From NCBI GenBank assembly GCA_016748015.1, contig JAAOMT010000201.1, positions 318,224 to 382,223 of the forward strand: a stretch of DNA of 64,000 nucleotides, read 5' to 3'. A program made the translations under genes and the position numbers. Shown here one piece after another: positions 60,201 through 64,000 of this stretch; position 1 is the stretch's first letter; the number at the start of each line of letters is the position of its first letter. The notes beneath the pieces are model-generated. The model was not told where the DNA came from and ran no database searches. It worked only from the letters and a program-made list of their open reading frames with translations. Source of the stretch: Geosiphon pyriformis uo1. Its lineage: Eukaryota; Fungi; Glomeromycota.

Positions 60201-60960
60201 AGTAAAAGCTTCTCTAAAACCATTCACATGATAAAAAATTTTTTTAACACATAGTAATTTATTACCATTAGTTTTGCTGAAAATGACAGATAACTTAATA
60301 TCCAAAGTAAATAATTTCACTAAATCAAAACTTTATTTTTCCAAAACACATGACCTAATCAATAAAAACAGCTTGGAACTATTAAACTTAAGTAACAAAA
60401 ACATTAAAACATTATTGTCATCACTTAAATTCACAAACAAAAAATTTTTTGGTAAGTGGTCTAATATGTATATCCAAGTGCAAATTTTTCATGATATAGT
60501 ATTATTTATATTATTTTCTACCATTGAATTATCTAAATTAGCATAACTTGTTTTTTTGGTAATTATATTTTTCATATTTTTTATGTTTAAAAGACCACTT
60601 ATACTGCTAATTTCACTACTGACTTTACTATCCTAAGACATCACAGACATTTTACCAGAGGCATTAATATCTTTAAGACTTAAAAAACCAACAGACAAGT
60701 TAATCACATTAACATCCACATTAAATTTTTTTGGTTTTTTATGAGATGCACTACAAGAGTAAATACTCTTTACATATTTTTTTTTGTGCTTAAACAAGTT
60801 CTCAAACCAGCTGAACTTAAACCAAAATTACCAACAGAAAAGCTTACTGGATCTATAACAATAAAAAAAGATAGATTGGAAAAAATAATTAAAAGAATAC
60901 AAAAGAGAAAAGAAGAAAAGACTAATTAAATCTTCAAAAATTTTTTGCTCTTATTATGAT
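54275..60960 (-). mobile_element. LINE-4, near full length and the most AT-shifted copy; small internal deletion near 57720
   Basis: Minus-strand ORF1 and ORF2 fragments are homologous to LINE-1/2 (ESVFSKFGKI, DMCKAY, LSKLQVIVL). T-run at 54273-54283 is the polyA tail. The 5' boundary is approximate. Confidence 0.88.
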
Positions 60961-61268
60961 TAGGAAATTGACAAAAGAAAAATTTTTTTGTATTTAATTT
61001 TTTAAGTAAATTAAAATATATAAATTTTAAAAACTTAATTGTTAATTAATTTAAATTATACACTAATTATTTAATATAATTAGATTTTATAAACAAATTA
61101 AAAAATTTAATAATATTAAATTTATATGTTAATACTAATTGTTTATTAAAAAATTGTTAAAATTTAATTAAGTAATATAAAAATAAAAATAAAAATATTG
61201 ATTTTTATAAATAAATTAATTAAAAACTTGAATTTAAAATTAATTATTAATATAATTTTTATATTTGT

Positions 61269-62207
61269 TGTTACTTATAAAAATTTAAGAATTCTTAATA
61301 AGCATATAAAGTAGCCAATTAGAAATAGCCATAGTAAGAGAAAAATTTCAAGATTCTTTTTAAAGAATTATAAGATTCCAGAAATTTTAGGATTTTTCTC
61401 AAGAAATTGCAGAATTTCAGAAATTGTAAGATTCTTTTTAAGGAATTACAAAATTCCAAGAATTCTAAGATTTCTGGCTAAAAAAATTAAAAAAATTAAA
61501 AAAATCTTATATAACAGTAATTATATATATAGTAAAAGTATTAGAAGTAAAAAAAACAGAATTTAGTTCAAAATTAATATCCACAATCAATTAATTATCC
61601 AATATTCTGTCTTTCAAAAATAGTTTTTTATAACTTAAAATAGAATTAAATCACATTAATAAAATATTAATTATTATCTGAATCTATGTTATTGTTATTT
61701 GATCAAAGAATATTAAAATCACTTCTATTCTATTAATATTCTATATTGATAGAATTTAATATTTAATTATACTGAACCAATAACTTTTAATTATAACTAT
61801 TAATAAGATACTACTTTTTTATTTTATTTTCATTTTCTTTTGTTTTTATTTTGTTTTGTTTTGTTTTGTTTTGTTTTGTTTTGTTGTTTTATTAAATTAA
61901 TTAAAGTGATTAAGCACTGAGTATTTTGATGTTAAAAAAAACTGATAAAAAACTCAGAAACAAGAATAAAAACTTGGAAATTAAGGATAATTTACCAAAA
62001 AAACTGGCCATTAAGCTGAGAAAAAAATTCACAAAATAAGCTTAAAAAATACTGAAACAACTATTAAATCTCTGTTCATTATATAAAAAGCTCAACTAAA
62101 ACCTTCAAATTACCAAAATCTTCAGATATTATCAATTACATCAAGCTATTAAGCATTAAATTATAAGTTTGTTATTTGTATCAATACCCCAAATAATTAC
62201 TTATACA
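61269..62207 (+). mobile_element. Heavily mutated solo LTR of the B/C family
   Basis: Starts TGTTACTTATAA (compare TGTTACTCATAG). Retains AGCCAATTAG, GAATT/GATTCC repeats and ATCTCTGTTCATTATATAAAAAGCTCAAC. No internal sequence follows. Confidence 0.82.
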
Positions 62208-64000
62208 ATTAAAATCAAAATTTACAAGTCTATATTATTAACTATAATTAATTTACTATTATAATATTAATTTTAAAATATATTTTTAAAAAATACAACA
62301 TATATATAAATATTTAAAAATTATACATATATGTATTTTAAAATTAAAAAAATAACTTTAATATTTATAATAAATAGATGCAAAATTGTAAAATTATTAT
62401 CAAAAAGAAATTAATTATTAATTAAATTAAAAAAATTATTTAAAAAACTTGAATAATAAATAAGCTAATTATATAACAAATATAATAATATTTTTTAAGT
62501 ATATATTGTTATATTAAATATTTAAAAAGTTAAAATAGCAGTTTATTTAAATAATACAAATTATTTTATTTATTATATTTATAAAATTATTAATTGTGTT
62601 TATTAAAAAAAAATTAAAAAAAATTTAAATAAAATTTAATAAATAATATAAATTAGCAAAAAAAACTTTGATTTAACATTAAAATTTACATGTAAAAACT
62701 AAGTTTATTAATATTAAAATAATTAATTTATATATACATATATTTTAAAAACTTTATATTATAAACTATTTATAATTAAAATAAAAAAATTTATAATATT
62801 AAATATTTAATTTGTTTATATTAAGTATAAAAAAGTTAAATTATTATTTTTTATTAAAATTAATTAAAAAATAAAAACTTAAAAAAACTTGAAATTTGTT
62901 TTTTTGCTGTTTTGGCTTTTTTTAATTATTTAAACAAAAAATAATAACTTTATTATTAATTTATAATTGAAAATTTTAAACTTTTTTATAATAATAATAA
63001 TTACATTAAATTTGTTTTTGTTTTGTTGTTTTTTAAATTAAAGTATGCTATAATAAAAACAAACAAAATAAATAATTAATATAGCAAAAAAATTAATTAA
63101 TATTTTGAAAAAACTTTTAATAACATAGTTTTTGGTTTATATATAATTTATAAACTAGTTTTTTATTGAATTTTTAAATCTAATTATAAAACTTTTTATT
63201 TGAAATTATAACATATTTAATATAAAATTTATTTACATTAATATTTATTATAAAACTGAAAATTTTAAACTATTTTAAGAAAAAAAATTGTTTTTTGCAT
63301 AGTAATTATTTAGTTAAGTTTAAACTTGAGTAAAAAAATTTTATTATAGCTTTTTAAATAATTAATATTTTTGTTGTAATTAGCTTTATTATTATTATTA
63401 TATTTAATGATTAATTTATTATCATATTTAAAAAAACATTTTTTATTTTATACTAAATAAAAACTATTTAATTATTTTAAATCCGAAAAAAAAAAGATTT
63501 CTGTTTCTTTTTATTAAATTTATAAACATTTTTATCTTAAATTTTTTGCTTTTTTTTTAATTTAGCCAAAAAATTTTTAATTTTTTGTTTTTACTTTTTT
63601 TCTATTCTTTTTAATAAATTTTATAAGTAATTTTTTTTTATTTAAATATTTTACTTTTTGTTTTAAATATAATTATGAAAATAATAATTTTTTTTGTGTG
63701 CTTGAAATTAAACAACTTATAAAATTACTTTATATTTTACAAATATAATTTAATTAAATATTTCTGTATAATATAATCATTATTTTTTAAATATAGTTTA
63801 TATTATAACAATATATAATTAACTTTTTAAATAAATATTATTTATTTATTTTTTAAATCAAATAATTTAATATTTTTATTTTACAAATGTTTTTTTTTAT
63901 TTTTAATAATTATACATATTTATTTTTTTATTCTATTTTTTAAAATTTTATTTTATTCTATATAATACAACTTTTTATAATTAATTATAACAAAATTAAG
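62208..64000. other. Extremely AT-rich low-complexity DNA
   Basis: Almost no G/C, no ORFs. Confidence 0.8.

Noticed and set aside
61265-62212. TSD around the solo LTR
   Set aside because: The right end is too degraded, and the left flank TTGT does not match the right flank ATTA/TTAA convincingly.

Overview
This is a fungal-type eukaryotic window with short GT-AG introns. A Glomeromycotina (arbuscular-mycorrhiza or Geosiphon-like) origin is inferred from the transposon content and gene style, not proven. About 80% is decayed retrotransposon or extreme AT-rich DNA. There are four RNase H-containing LINE copies, four Ty3/gypsy LTR elements (A-D, nested in the LINEs and in each other) and one solo LTR. 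All are riddled with C>T/G>A stop codons and nearly free of CpG. An intact, CpG-retaining 10 kb gene island (42.7-52.7 kb) carries GOT1, a cytochrome b5 domain gene, a small membrane protein gene, ureF, a branched-chain aminotransferase (BCAT), tRNA-Arg(CCU), RFC5/RFC3 and a UDP-galactose transporter. Main observations: (1) the Ty3 elements encode a Cys-rich module and a dUTPase inside pol, plus a conserved non-env third ORF with its own TATA box between integrase and the PPT; (2) three divergent LTR families keep an anti-PBS sequence in U5 that can fold over the PBS; (3) LTR flanks fit an nCGn 4-bp target site; (4) gag appears to start at GUG; (5) an oversized, hairpin-packed BCAT intron can sequester its own 5' splice site; (6) a four-level nest has lost its left half at an inversion breakpoint.
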